Shown here: positions 39,764-54,077 of the stretch, piece after piece
Layout of the letters: each line of letters starts with the position of its first letter
Numbering within the stretch: position 1 is the first letter of the stretch
Assembly: GCA_951406725.2 (NCBI GenBank)
Contig: OX597828.1
Coordinates: 27,218,001 to 27,282,000, forward strand
DNA: 64,000 nt
Origin: Octopus vulgaris
Taxonomy: Eukaryota
Direction of reading: 5' to 3'
Notes under the pieces: model-generated
Databases searched by the model: none
Told to the model about the DNA's origin: nothing
Seen by the model: only the letters and a program-made list of their open reading frames with translations
Program-made: the position numbers and the translations under genes

Positions 39764-40429
39764 TCATTGGCCATTCACCAAACAAAACACTTTACTCTGC
39801 CTATCTTATTTTACCTGAATGTCAAAGCCAGGTGGCACACCGCCACTTCATGCTTCAGTGGTTAGCATAAAATGGGCCTCCAGGTACAAAAACACAACTG
39901 TAAAAGTCCAACAAATCAACTCTCAGGGGAAATAATGTATAAAAAGAACAAAAAAAAAATAATATTTCTTAGATATTATTCACGCTATTTCATTTTGCAA
40001 AAGTAAGAAGTTAAAATTCAAGAAAAGGTGAGAAGAATCTGGGTTATTTTTCAGAAAATATAAAATTTTTTCTTTCTCCTTTTTTTTTTTGTGGATCATC
40101 ATCACCATCATCATCCACTGGATTTATTACCGTGAGTCTTAGGACTCCTAATGGCAGTTACCTAATTTCCATGGTGTATAAGTGGCAGAAATCGCAACAC
40201 ACCCCCAGAACAAGAACGCCAGTATGTCGCAAGGTTACTCATTTGCAGCTGTGTAGAGAATTGAAACCACAGTCTTGTGATCATGAGTGCAATGCTCTAA
40301 CTGTTAGTCTAAATGCTTCTACGTTTTTGTGGATGAATAATATGCATCTTTTTTTTTCCCCCTCTTTTCTCATCCCCCCATTATTGTTTATCTCTATTTG
40401 AATATCTCGTCTTATTTGCGTCCTTGCTA

Positions 40430-40542
40430 GAAATAAAACCTTGACAGTCGTTTTGGATTCTTTAAGTGTATTTTAAGATAATGACTAACTTTGGCGGCTA
40501 TCCATTATTTGGTGAAAGTAGCTAAAACAGAACATTGCCCTT
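40430..40542 (+). repeat. 113-bp exact duplicate (copy 2)
   Basis: Identical by eye to 32824-32936. Confidence 0.9.
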
Positions 40543-40591
40543 TTGACAGTGATTCTTTTGGCAACTAATCATTTCCTTTTTCTGTAATTTA

Positions 40592-40642
<51 letters not shown>

Positions 40643-40810
40643 TATACATTATATATGTATATACATACATATATCTTATTAATACTTGTCATTTCTAAAA
40701 TGTTCTTTCATTTTTTATATATTTATATTTTTACTTTTATCTTTAACTGATGATCCTTGTTCAGTACCAAATACTTTAGCCAACCAACAGAAAATTCTTA
40801 ATACTACATC

Positions 40811-40861
<51 letters not shown>

Positions 40862-41282
40862 ATACACGCGCACATATACGCATATGGAGGGGAGGGAAGC
40901 ATTTTTTGTGTTTTACTCTATTATGGTGTAAGTTATTCTGTAACGAAATAATATTACAAATTGAAATATTTTAATGATAGTTCTCCCACTCACCTACCCG
41001 CCCGACTTGTCTGAGACCATCAATTTAATGGGAAGAAGCATTATAATAGATTGAATCTATCTCAATGTATCACTGGTACTTAATAATCTGAGACAGAGAG
41101 ATAGCCATCAAAAATGAGAAACAGCTTCTCTTAATTTTTAGGTCTTTATCGACGTGTCCTGAGAGGTGCCTACACAATTTGACCAATCCCATATAATGTG
41201 TAATTAGTTTGTAAAAGCACATTTCATAATGCCACAAGGCATTTTGTCCGTTTTATATTTCTTCTCTTCCCTAATTTTCAAA

Positions 41283-41627
41283 AGACTCTGTAGAGCCATG
41301 GAAAGGAGAATGCTGAAGATTAAACAAAATGGTGAAGTGGAGAAACCACAGGATAAGAATGGCAACAGACTTAACGGGAATTATCTGGAAAATGAAAACT
41401 CTGAAATGGTCTTTTACGGGACATATGTTTAGAAGAAAGGAGAATGGATGGAAAAGTAAATGAACGGAGTGGACATCAAAAGCAGATAAAAGGAGGAGGG
41501 GAAGACCTTGCAGAAGATGGAATGAAGACTTTGTTAAATTCTTCAGCACCTAAAAATGGATGAGGAAAGCATCAGACTGTGGTTAGTGGAGAGAAAATGC
41601 TGAGGCCTTTGTCCAAGAATGGACTCA
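41283..41627 (+). pseudogene. Decayed RTE LINE C-terminus
   Basis: Across frames it reads RAMERRMLKI...KWSFTGHMFRR...RRRGRPCRRWNEDF...WMRKASD...WRENAEAFVQEWT, a typical RTE ORF end. Confidence 0.85.
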
Positions 41628-42796
41628 ACATGTGCAAGGATATATATGTTGTTAGTGTGAGGAGCTGAGGTACCATTACTGTAAGGTACTTCTGTCTATA
41701 CAGTATATATCAAAGATAACACACCCAAGTCTGATATCAATGATTATCTTGTTCTCTGCAAAATAAACAGTTTTCTCTACTTTGCAAAGTCACGTTCATT
41801 TGTTTTGTGTCTGCTTTTCTATACTTGCACGAGATGATGGATGTGCTGTTTACATGCTAAATTGTTTTACAACTGGATGCCCTTCCTGTCACTGACCCTC
41901 AGCTAATTCGTTGTTGGAGAAAAACTGAAAACACCACCCACTGCACTTTCATTCAAGCTGTAGCATGTGGAAACAAACATATCCTTCCCCCACGCACACA
42001 GACTGATACACAGATACACACACATACAATAGTCTTGTTTTCAGTTTCCAGCAACCAAATCAACTCGTAAGGCTTTGGTTGGTCCAGTGTGCTTAACTAG
42101 AAGACACTTGTCTAAGGTGCTAAACCCTAAATCATGTAGTCATGAAGCAAATTTCTCAGCCCCCTGAGCCTGTCTTTACCTGTCTTTGTGTAATCATTAA
42201 CACCAAGAAGTTTGTCTCAACCCCATTGACATTAAAGATAGTGCCTCTCTCATCTTATTCTCTGAGTTGTCTTTGTGTGTCCCTTCCTTTCCCACACAAA
42301 TGAATGGGAAGACAGCTGTAGCAGACATATGACTGGATAAATACTAATAGAAAATATCTAGAGTAATAGGATTGAAATATGAGAGAGAGACAGCTATATG
42401 ATGGTTATTGGTAAGGGGACTGAGATAATATACCAACATTTTTACTACTTTGATGCTTATGTTTGTAGTAGTGAACTGTACCTCTGCATAGTTTCTATCT
42501 GTAATTAAGGATTTTGTGAGAGACAATTCAATATCTTTGTTGGGACAAAAGCTGATAACCTTGCAGCCAGAAAGTTTTTGCTTTGCTGACTGCGATAACT
42601 GTGATTTTCACTAACCTTGAGTTTTGTTCTTGGACAAAGTATACTGGCATTAGTCAAACATTATTTCAGTAGAATTGCACCTGTAACTAAGCATATTCTA
42701 TCTATTTTGTGTTATGTATTATTCCTTGTCTTATGCAATAAAAAAAAACTCATGTTGTTTGCACCTTAAGTCTGTCTACTTAGATTTATTGCTATA

Positions 42797-43183
42797 GGAG
42801 GTGCAATGGCCCAGTGGTTAGGGCAGCGGACTCGCTGTCGTAGGATCGCAGTTTTGATTCCCAGACCGGGCGTTGTGAGTGTTTATTGAGCGAAAACATC
42901 TAAAGCTCCATGAGGCTCTGGCAGGGGATGGTGGTGATCCCTGCTGTACTCTTTCACCACAACTTTCTCTCACTCTTACTTCCTGTTTCTGTTGTATTTG
43001 TATTTCAAAGGGCCGGCCTTGTCACTCTCTGTGTCACGCTGAATATCCCCGAGAACTACGTTAAGGGTACACGTGTCTGTGGAATGCTCAGCCACTTACA
43101 CGTTAATTTCACGAGCAGGCTGTTCCGTTGATTGGATCAACCGGAACCCTCGTCGTCGTAACCGACGGAGTGCTTCCATCCAT
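42797..43183 (+). mobile_element. tRNA-derived SINE (family C)
   Basis: A-box-like tggcccagtgg and B-box-like gttttgattcc in a tRNA-like head. A related minus-strand copy lies at ~45196-45493. Confidence 0.8.
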
Positions 43184-45195
43184 CATTGCTGTAACATCTT
43201 GTTTCTGTTGCTTTTCGTGTTAGTAACTTTACCAAGCAAATCCAATATTTTAAATAGATGGGTGGAGAAAATTAGTTTAAAAATATATTTAACTGTGATA
43301 ATAGCAAATCAACTAACATTGTGTACGCTTATTTTATTTAGGAAAAGGAATTGAATTGGACGATTAATTGGACATAAACAGAGGGAAAATGTTAATGTAT
43401 TCTAAATTTCATTATTTAATTTTTTTTTAATAGTTCCAGTTGGAATATGTTGAGTTTTATTTTTTCATCTTTAAAGTGGGGAGTATTGGAGTATTGTGTT
43501 GTGTTCAATAGTCTGAAGTGTTTTTCCCTCCCACCTACTTACTGTTCTATAGTGTTGCTTAGTCGTCATCGAAGCAGTAAATGACACGAGTGGAGGGTGA
43601 TGCAACTCCACTTGATATTTCTTTTGTTTTTAACAAAAGAAAAAGGCTTCGATTTCAATTTAATTTAAGGATTAAATTTCACTGACCTTCCTAATGGCTA
43701 GGATATTGTCAAGACCTTAATGACTTGGTGGACAGCATTGTGTTTTCAAAAGCCAATCAATAATGTGGAACACAAACAAAGCCATTTTCCTAATAAGTGC
43801 TATAGTATTACACAACTTACATCAGATTTGGTTTAAATTCTTTTTTATTATTTTTTTTTTTTTTTTTCAGATTTTATTAATTTTAGCAGTCTTTTATCGG
43901 GCTTTTCTTCTATTTAATAATTGTTATTAACAAATAAAATTTTATGAAGCTGCAGAGGCTGAACAGATTATGTGCTCTGCCTATGGTCCGATTAGAAGTG
44001 AGATGGCTGAGGGTGTATGTCTGAGCCATTTTGGGATTCATGAGTTCAAACCTGCTGTTAGTATTTTATTATCATTTTTAGCAGAAAATTTATTTTACAT
44101 TGTTTCTGTCTTATCTAACTTTTGGAACTAGGTACCATATTGTCTAAGAAGGTTTCCTGTACATCCTGGCATCTTACTCTATGAGATTTTTCTCTCGTTC
44201 CCTTCATTTCATAAGATTTAACTTTAACACCAGGCCTAAGGGAGTTCCAGATAGCCTTGAAAGACAGTTATCTACTATCCATGGTCCAAACAGGGTATGC
44301 TCAAATCACAAGAACTTTTCTATTGTCTTATGCGAATAGAAATAAATTCTTTAATTGACTCACTCCATTCCATTGACAAACAAAACATTCTCATTGCTTC
44401 CTTCTATATTTCTTATCCTTTTTGGAAGAGAGTGAGGAGAGATAGAGACATAGAAAGAGAAAAGAGAGAGATAAAAAGATAGAGACTGATAGAGTAAGAG
44501 TGACAGAGAGAGAAAAATAGGAAAAGAGAGTGCCTGATTTTGATATATATATATATCCGATTTGAAAACCCCACTAGAATGGGAGAAAGTGCTAATATAT
44601 GATATAAGTTATATGATGTATAAAAACATGCAATATACAAATACATATCTGTAAATATAAAACCATCCAAATTTCTGAGTACCTCATTTCTTCTAATATA
44701 AAATACCTGTACATCATCTCCAAACCTTTCTTTACAGTAACCACAATTCTTATAAACAATGGTGCACTGAAGTTGATCAAAACCTTGTGAAAAGATTTGG
44801 GAAATAGAAACTGCAAAAACTAGCCACTATGTATGGCTAGACATCATGTGGTGGCTGTTAACAAGCATTGAATATCAATCAAATGATGTTGTTTGTTTGC
44901 AGTCTTCCATGGAAAACATGTCTGGGCATGGGAAATATTATCTTGCTCACGAACGAGTAAGGTTTGGGGACAAGAAGGGCATCCATCCCTAAAAAAAAAA
45001 AATCTGCCTCAACAAATTACATCTGAACCATGCAAGTATGGAAAAGTGGACATTAAATGATGATGATGATGGTGATGAGGATAATGGAAGGTACACACAA
45101 GATTGAAGTAAATCCTGGTTTTGTACTGTTATCTAAGTGTTTATTCCCAATTCTCCTGCCTCTGTGTGTGCATGTGTGTGTATATATATATATAT

Positions 45196-45493
45196 CACCG
45201 TGATCGACCAGGCTATCAGATGTTGCTACACATCGCTGGTCACAATGTGCTTCACATTGTTTTAGCCTTCAAATGACGCCACCCCGCTGGCTAAGCGAGC
45301 AGGCCTACAGAAGAAAGACTGAGAGAAAGTTGTGGCGAAAGAGTGCAGCAGGGATTGCCACCACCCCATGCCGGAGCTTTGTGGAGCTTTAGGTGTTTTC
45401 ACTCAATAAACACTCACAATGCCCGGTCTGGGAATCGAAACCACGATCCTACAACTGCGAGTCAGCTGTCCTGACCACTGGGCCATTACACCT
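45196..45493 (-). mobile_element. Family C-related SINE with a different 3' tail
   Basis: Reverse complement aatggcccagtggtcaggacagc...ggtttcgattcccagaccgggcattgtgagtgtttattgag... Confidence 0.8.
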
Positions 45494-46690
45494 ACACACA
45501 CACACACATATATATATATATATGTATTATCAGTTACATACCTATGTGTTGTGTGTGTGTGTGTGTGCGTGTGTGTGTGAAATGTGTATGCGTGTGCTGG
45601 TCAGTTCTGTTTCTATTTACCCTCTGTTTACAGACATAATAGTTATGTACAACTAGTTGTAACATGGCAGTGGCATTTTTCTAAACAAACACACAAAGGC
45701 TTGAGAATTCCTTGTTTGAAAAGTCAGCCAACTTTTTTCAACACTTAGAATCTGTATGAGTTACCAATTTTATAAAAGTAAGTTTATTCAATGGGACTCG
45801 TTCACCATATCTATTTCAATTATTCTCTCCCTCCCTCTTTCCTTTTCTCAATCTCTGAATCTCTCTAATTTGCTCTTTATCACTAACTTTCTCCTCTCTC
45901 TCTCTCTCTCTTTGATTCTCTCAGCCACTTTCTCTCTCTTTCTTTCACTCTCTATCACAAACTTTTTCAACTAACTCTCTCGTTCTCTCTCCCTCTCTCA
46001 CACACCCTTTGCTTCTCTATCTGGCTGACTCTCTCTCAATCTCAAACTCTCTCTCCCCTCATCTTTCTCTTTGTCTCTCTCTCTTCCTCTCATATCTCTT
46101 TCTCTGTCATTAACTTTCTCATCTCTCTTGCTCTCTCTCTCTCTCTCTTCCTCCTCTCCCTCATCTCTCTCTCTCTCTCTCCCTCTCAAACTCCAATGAT
46201 ATGAAAATGTAATTACCAATGCCATGGCAGTGTATTTATTGAGTTAACTCCATCTTGTTATCATCTTCACCAGTTTTCAGAATGAATATATAAGAATGCT
46301 TTACATTCCAATGTTTACCAAAGTCTGTGTTAGTAGTTCACTGACAAGCTTTTAATTCTCTATACTAAACATTGTCTTTTCTGTTCCACTTCTCCTTCCA
46401 TAGTTTTTCCCTGTCTGTCTTACAGCATGTCTTAAACATTGTCTCTCTGCTTCCCTTATTTCTGCTGCCATGGTTTTCTTCTGTCTGTCTGTCTGACAAT
46501 GTGTTTCATTGTATTAAAAATAAAGTCTTTTCTCAGATAAACCAATGGGGTTTCGAGAATTGTTCCAGACACGATTTTCAGTTTTCAGTTTCATCCTTTC
46601 TGAATATGAGTTCAAACCATGATCGAATTGAGTTTTAATTAATTCTAAGGTTCATAAACATAGATACCAGTTGTTGTTTGTGACTCAGTC

Positions 46691-47437
46691 TAACCTTTTT
46701 GTTACTGTATTTATTTTGAGATGCTTCATGTTTTTTTCAATTACTTTAAATATAACAAAAAATTTAGTAAAACATTCAGCTAGTGTTAGGAACATAAATT
46801 GTGACTAAGGTTTGGTGGAAGATTTTAAATTGTGACTAAGGTTTGGTGGAAAATATTAATTCAAAACTTATGGAAACAAGACATTTGTATTACAGAGCCA
46901 GAAGTGGTTTTTGCTGGGTTCATATCAAAAGGGTTAAGAATTTTTTCTCTATTATATATTTTAACCCTTTCATCACTGTATTTCTGTTGAGATGCTCTGT
47001 GTTTCTTTCAATTACTTTAAACATAACAAAGAATTTAGTAAAACTTAGTTATCATTCAGCTAGTGTTAGGAACATAAATTGTCACTAAAGTTTGGTGGAA
47101 GATTTTAATTCAAAACTTATGGAAACAAGACATTTGTATTACAGAGCCAGAAGTGGTTTCGGCTGGGTTCGTATCAAAAGGGTTAAGAATTTTTTCTCTA
47201 TTATATATTTTAACCCTGTCGCCACTGTATTTCTGTTGAGATGCTCTGTGTTTCTTTCAATTACTTTAAATATAACAAAGAATTTAGTAAAATAACTTAG
47301 TTATCATTCAGCTAGTGTTAGGAACATAAATTGTCACTAAGGTTTGGTGGAAGATTTTAATTACAACCTTATGAAAACAAGACATTTGTACTCAGATCCA
47401 GAGCCAGTTTCAGCCAGGTTGGTAATGAAAGGGTTAA
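46691..47437. mobile_element. Three tandem copies of a ~225-bp piggyBac-like MITE
   Basis: TTAA-ccctt...aaggg-TTAA ends at 46961-47186 and 47210-47437; the first copy spans 46691-46937. An identical 23-bp spacer lies between copies, with period 249. A degenerate minus-strand relative is at ~10620-10880. Confidence 0.8.
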
Positions 47438-49672
47438 ATCCAATATAGCAGAGTTATGATAATATAATAATGATAATGAAATGATTGAATACAATGCTCA
47501 GGTGCACTGCAGCAAGAACAACAAAAGGTAGAATCAGGTGTTCTGTTGACGAATTTCAGGAAGCATGGAAGTTGTGAAGGATGTAGTGTCTTGACAGCTA
47601 ACAACTGATGCAGGTAGTTGATTCCATGTTTCAGCAATGATAACAAATCAAGCAATTCCATCCTTGACCACCCATCTTGAGTCTTTCTTTTATATCATGC
47701 ATACTCATATTATTTTTGCTGAATCTGAACTGAAATCCAGCTAGCATTGAATCCTGTTGGGCTTGCACATAGAATCTGTCTACCAAATGCACTCACAAGA
47801 CACTGGTTGACCTAGGGCTATTGTCAAAGACACTTGCCCAAGGAGCTGTGGACGCGAAGTCATGTGCTTGCTAAGTGAGTTTCTTAATTACACAGTGTCA
47901 TTAAAACAAAAAATTTATTATTTATTTCTTTATTTCACTGTGTTAAAAGACAGTTTTTCTTTTCTTGAAATAAGTCTTTGAAAACTAGCATGCAGACTAG
48001 GGGAAGATGGTTATATTTTTCCTAATCCAGTTGTAAGCCAAGAGGAGAACTATCCATGCTAAAAAAAAAAAAAAACTACATCAGTATGTTGTAAAAATAA
48101 CACAACGATGCCATCTATTAGTGATCAACAGGATCTCTGTATCAATGATTCCCCAACAAAATCCTTGCTTAAGTACTGTATTTTCTGGCATGGTAAGGCA
48201 CACCCCCAAAAGTCACCCTGCACCTTATTTGTTGAAGGCCAGGCTTTGGGTAGTCTTGGTTAGTGTTACTGATGATGGATAGCACTGGTGAAGGTAGAGG
48301 TCAGTGATGATTTTCGATGGTGTTAAGGTAAGCTTTACTAAAGGTCCTCTTCCTTGCTCCATATCAGCTTTGTATCCTAAATAGCACATCACATTTTCTC
48401 TTATACTTTATCCCTCTCTACTCTTTATTCATAGCATAAAGTTGCCTTCTTGGTGTCCATAGTCTTGCAAGCTGCCTGACAACCTCACTAATGTTGGTGC
48501 CACATAAAAAGCACCCCAGCACACACTGTAAAGTAGTTGGTATAAGGAAGGGCATCCAGTCATAAGAACCATGAGAAAACAGACTCTGGAGCACAATGCA
48601 GCCTTTAGGCATCTGAAAGCCTATCAAACTATCCAGCCCATGCAAGCAGCAGTATGATGATGATGATGATGACGACGATTTAGTATCATTGTTTGAGATT
48701 GGCGTATGCTATCAATCTATCCCCTATCTTCTTTTTCTAGCTTTTTTCATTGGACACTGACCATACTGGAGCCACGCCTTCAATGGTTTGTTGAAGCATT
48801 CTGATTTTAGTATTTATTTCAGTTTGTTAATTAATTTATTAGTCTTTGTTTGTCAGACTGCTAAGTTACAGACATAAAAGGAAACATCATACTTGATAAG
48901 ACAAGTTTTTAAACTGACATAAACTTAAAATGGTATCTGTTTTGTTTAATGTTCAAATTCTTCCATCTTTCCTCCCACCTTGAGTAGATAAAATGACATT
49001 TCTTGCAAGTGCAATGGCAAAGACAAATTTTGTATTTTGTGGGTGTGGCTTCGGGTTCAGTCTCACTGGACAGTACTTTGGGCAAGTGTCTTTTATAGCT
49101 CCAGGTTTACCAAGAGAGACAAAAATTGTGTGTGTGTGTATTCATCCTTGTTTTATTGCTTGATAACCAACGTTGATTTGTTTATGTTCCAATAAGTTAG
49201 TTGTTCACCCAAAAGAGAGTGATAGGATAAGTATCAGACATGAAAAATAAGTGCCGGGGTCAGTTTGCTCAACTAAATTCTTCTAGTAGGTGGTGCCCCA
49301 ATATGGCCATGGTCCGATGTCAGAAATAAGTATCATAATAAAAGACACAAAAAAAACACAAAAAAAAAAAAATGGAGCGAACATCAGTGATATACTTGGG
49401 TCCAAATTAATCACCCTATAAATTCTTGTCTTCTGCGTCTTCAGAAAAAGAAAGAAAAAAATGTCATTCATGGTCTAGCAAACAAAACTCTCCTAAGTGC
49501 TCAAGCTCCGCCCACTTGTAATTAATTCAATGATAATGACAGATTCAATGTTCTGCTCTGATACACCATCATCTAATCATTATTCTTGTGATGAGGAGGA
49601 ATTTGAATTCGATGCCAAGCCATCTTTTGACCTACTTCATCACCATCTCTGCAAAACCTTCTACCCTAACAT

Positions 49673-49903
49673 GGTGGCGAGCTGGCAGAAACGTTAGCAC
49701 GCCGGGCGAAATGCGTAGCCGTATTTCGTCTGTCGTTACATTCCGAGTTCAAATTCCGCCGAGGTCAACTTTGCCTTTCATCCTTTCGGGGTTGATAAAT
49801 TAAGTACCAGTTACGCACTGGGGTCGATGTAATTGACTTAACCCCTTTGTCTGTTCTTGTTTGTCCCCTCTGTGTTTAGCCCCTTGTGGGTAGTAAAGAA
49901 ATA
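49673..49903 (+). mobile_element. Family A SINE, full length
   Basis: ggcgagctggcagaaacgttagcacgccgggcg...gtagtaaagaaata. Confidence 0.9.
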
Positions 49904-50254
49904 TATTCCAAGCAACCAACCAATCCACCGCCAATAGCACTGCTCCACACATATATTCCACACAGCAAGTTCAGCATATCTAGTAATAGCCAGGTTATTT
50001 CTGCTACAGGTCTTCTCTAATAAGGTTTTCACCGGGGGCGGGGGGCGACCACAATAACAACAACATTATAATATATTGTTTCAGGCATGGCTGTGTGGTT
50101 AGGAAGCTAGCTTAGCAACCATGTGGTTTCGGGTTGACCCACTGCACAGCACCTGAGGCAAGTGTCTTCTACCATATTATCATAGCCCAGGGTCAATCAA
50201 TGCCTTTTGAGTGAATTTGGTTTATGAAAACTGTGTGGAAGCCCATCATACATA

Positions 50255-50770
50255 TTGGGTTGGTGCATAATTATTGCGGCTTTTTTTCAACAAATTTTAT
50301 TCTACAAAAACAATAACAATATTTAACAAAAACATCTTTAAATGACGGTCTGACTGTCTGCCAAGCAAAAGGGAAGCAGTAATTGAAGTAGATGGTGAAT
50401 ATGCTCCAGAATAATCATATAAAGATGTTTGTTACATGTTGTTATTGTTTTGTTGAATAAAATTTAAATATTGTTATCTTCATCATTGTCGTTTAATGTC
50501 CGCTTTCCATGCTAGCATGGGTTGGATGAATGACTGAAGGCTGGCAAACCAGATGGCTGCACCAAGCTTCAATCTTGATCTGGCAGAGTTTCTACAGCTG
50601 GATACCCTTCCTAACGCCAACCACTCCGAGAGTGTAGTGGTTGCTTTTACCTACTACCGGCATGGGGCCAGTCACGCAGTACTGGCAACGACCTCGCTCG
50701 AATCTTTTACACATGCCACCGGCATTGTTTTGTTGAATAAAAAAGCTGCAATAATTACGCACCAACCTAA
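50255..50770 (+). mobile_element. mariner-derived MITE with transposase C-terminal remnant, interrupted by a family D insertion
   Basis: TA-ttgggttggtgcataattattgcggc / gctgcaataattacgcaccaacctaa-TA (Hsmar1/MADE1-like TIR). 50358-50414 encodes LPSKREAVIEVDGEYAPE*. The insert is flanked by a 19-bp duplication attgttttgttgaataaaa (50444 and 50724). Confidence 0.85.
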
Positions 50771-52826
50771 TATATATACAAATACACACACAAACACATA
50801 CATGTAAGAGTGTGTATATATGTGTGTGTGTAGTTTGCATGAAGCATTGTCTGATATAATTTTTTGTTTTATGAATATCAAAACAAGGCAAATTGTAAGA
50901 AATAAGTAAATGGTTTTTCCTTTCCCCTTTTGACTTGTATTATTTCTTATACCTTGCTCTGATTTGGTTTTTAAAAAAAATACATCTGTTGATTTATTTG
51001 ACTGAACCCTTCAAAGCAGTGCTCCAACATGGCCACAGTCCAATAACTTGAAACAGAATAAATAAAAAAGATAAAAAACATATCCATCACCGCCACCACC
51101 ACTTGACAACTTGTGTTGGTTTATTCATGTCCCTGTAACTTAGTTGTTTGGCAAAAGAGACCAATAGAGAAAGCACCAGATTTATAAAAGCAAAATGCAA
51201 TGGAGTCAATTTGTTTGACTAAAACCCTTCAAGGTGGCGTTCCAGCATCAGGAAGGGCATCCGACCACAGAAACCATTCCAAAGATGATAACGAGGCCTG
51301 GTGCAGCTTTGCAACTCTTCATGCTTTGCATGGGATGTGAAATAATGATGATGAAGGTGATGATGATGATGCTATCACATTGGATAATGCAGTTGTGGGT
51401 TCTCTGCATGTAGGTGAATTGCCAGGATGGTCACAGCTGGAATGCCTTTGATTTGATCTCATTAGGAGGTCTGCTTGATCAGAGACTTAAGCAACACCAC
51501 CGTGAATAACGAACCAACCAACAAGCCAGCCAGCCAGCCAACCACCCACCATCACGACCATTAGCAACCCTCACCTCCTCCCACCGTCACCGATGTCATC
51601 ATCTGTGTATTTATTATCAATAAGCATCGCTATCACGATTAACCGCAGCCATCATCATCATCATCATCACCACCGATACATTAGATGCAGGTGAATTCTA
51701 CAACCACAAAGAGATTCTTGCCCTGAATACAAAGCAGAAAACTCAGGCTTAATTCCACATTAAATTTAAAATTAAAAAACAATGAAGTAAAAAAACAATA
51801 AAATAAAACAGAAAATATAAATATATGCAGTAAGTCTACAGCTTTTATTTGTTTGTTTGTTAAATTATTTCTATTTTTTTTTTTTTTTACTTTAGTTTGT
51901 CTTTGGTAAAAACAGGTGATGATTACACAGGTGGTGGTTAGTGGTGATGATGATTGTGGTGAAGATGGTGATGGTGGTAGTGAAGATAGTGTTGGTGTTG
52001 GTGATGGCGGTGTGAATGATGATTACGATGGCAGTGATGGTGATGATGATGATGATGTTGATAATGGTTATTGCACCAGCGGTAATAACCCTGACGATAA
52101 TTATTATAGTAATTGTGTGTTAATGGTACAAATAGTATTGGTGATGGTAGATTCAGTGGTAGATGGCAGTGACAGTAATGCTGATAATTGCAGAGTTGAG
52201 GTGGTAGTACCAGTGGTACTTATGATGTAGTGGTACTTATGATTCTGGTGCTCGTTGAATTGGTGATTACCATTGCAGTACTGGCGATAGTAATGACAAT
52301 AACTTGTAGCATTAATATGGTGGTGGTGGTGGTGGTGGCAGTTGTAATTGCATAGTGGTAGCAGTGTAGGTGATAGTAGGTGGTGGTGGTGGTCATGGAG
52401 ACAGTTTAGGTGACTATAGTTGTAGTTGTACTATAATGTGGTAGCAGATGGGATGGTCATGATAGTAGTTGTTTTTGAGGGTAATGGTTAAGTTGTATTA
52501 GTGATGGTGGAAGGGCGGGGGGCACCTGCAGGAGGCAGAGAAAGGGGTGGTCTGGCGGGCGTGGGTGGGTGCATGCTTCATTTGGCTGCTTATTCATTCC
52601 TCCCTTCATTTCTATTTCTCTCTCAAACACTTTTACCTATCTTTCTCTCTCTCACTCTCTCTCTCTTGCGGGCATGCATGCACACACACACACACACACA
52701 TGTTTATATGTATGTTCTAAGCATATGTGTGTATGTATGTGTGTGTGTATGTACATATATATAGATATATAAATATATAGTGAGAGAGAGAGAGAGAAGC
52801 AAATTATGCAGGTATGTATATATGTG

Positions 52827-52875
<49 letters not shown>

Positions 52876-52990
52876 TTGTGTGCACATATATATTGTATAT
52901 GTATATATATGTATATATTTATGTGTGTGTTTTATAAGTATGTTACATGCACTTGTGTGTTGTATGTGTGTGTGTATATAATATATATAT

Positions 52991-53039
<49 letters not shown>

Positions 53040-53349
53040 CATACACACACACACACTCACGATAGTAGTTTGTTTTGTTTGTTTTGACTCACCAGTTCAA
53101 ATTTTTGTATTTTATTTTAGCTTTTTTTTTGTTAGTATTTTATTTATTGTATGTTTAATCTTTATAGAAAAAAAAAAGAAAACGTTTTTTCTTCTTTTAA
53201 AATTATATTTTATTCAGTTCCTTTTTTCATTTTCATTGCTTGATTTTTTTTTGTTTTAGTTTTTCATTTTTCACCTCAAACTAAAATTTTCAAACTAAAA
53301 TATACATACATTCATACATACTTAGAAGAATATATACATACACCCATAC

Positions 53350-53394
<45 letters not shown>

Positions 53395-53855
53395 CATACA
53401 CATGCATATATGCAGATGTATATATATATATATGCATACAAACACACATATATATATATATACACATACACACAGATATATATATATATATAGATATGTG
53501 CATATATGTATACATATGCATGTGTATTACATACACACGCATATGTGTGTGTGTGTGTGTGTGTGCATATGTATAATAAAAGAAGTAAAAAGTAGGCAAA
53601 AAAGGGAGAAAAAGGTAAAAATAATACGGCCAGGGAGAGGGGTGTTATGTGGGTGTGTATGAGGGGTTAGAATCTGCGTCAGCTTCATTTCTTCAGCTCA
53701 GGTATTGAATTAAATTAAACCAGTTTTTTGGCTTCAAATAGATGCTGAAAAATTCCTGATGCTTTGATCTTCTATGAATCTAACTCACTCTTCTTGTAGA
53801 TTACAGTTTACAGTAACTCTCCTCTTATATACGTGTGTCTGTGTGTGTGTACATG

Positions 53856-53893
<38 letters not shown>

Positions 53894-54046
53894 TTAGTCA
53901 ATCCCTCTCTTTATTTGTCACTTTAGCCTGTTTCTAATGTTCCCTTTTTCTTACTTTCTTTCTCTCTCTCTTTATTTCTCTAAAATTTTCAGTGCAAAGT
54001 TGTCTTGTTTTCTCTCTCTCTCCCTCTATTATCCCCTATTTCTTTT

Positions 54047-54077
<31 letters not shown>

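Noticed and set aside
40743-40801. Hammerhead-like CTGATGA...GAAAatTC
   Set aside because: Stem II does not pair next to the core and stem I is only ttaa/ttaa in AT-rich DNA.
42797-42870. tRNA gene
   Set aside because: The tRNA-like head continues into a SINE body with a second copy at 45.2-45.5 kb, and there is no intact cloverleaf.
49497-49697. Possible exon (acidic ORF)
   Set aside because: No recognisable domain or clear splice sites, and it runs into a SINE.
51916-52230. Asp/Gly-rich ORF
   Set aside because: Degenerate (GGT/GAT)n low-complexity tract.
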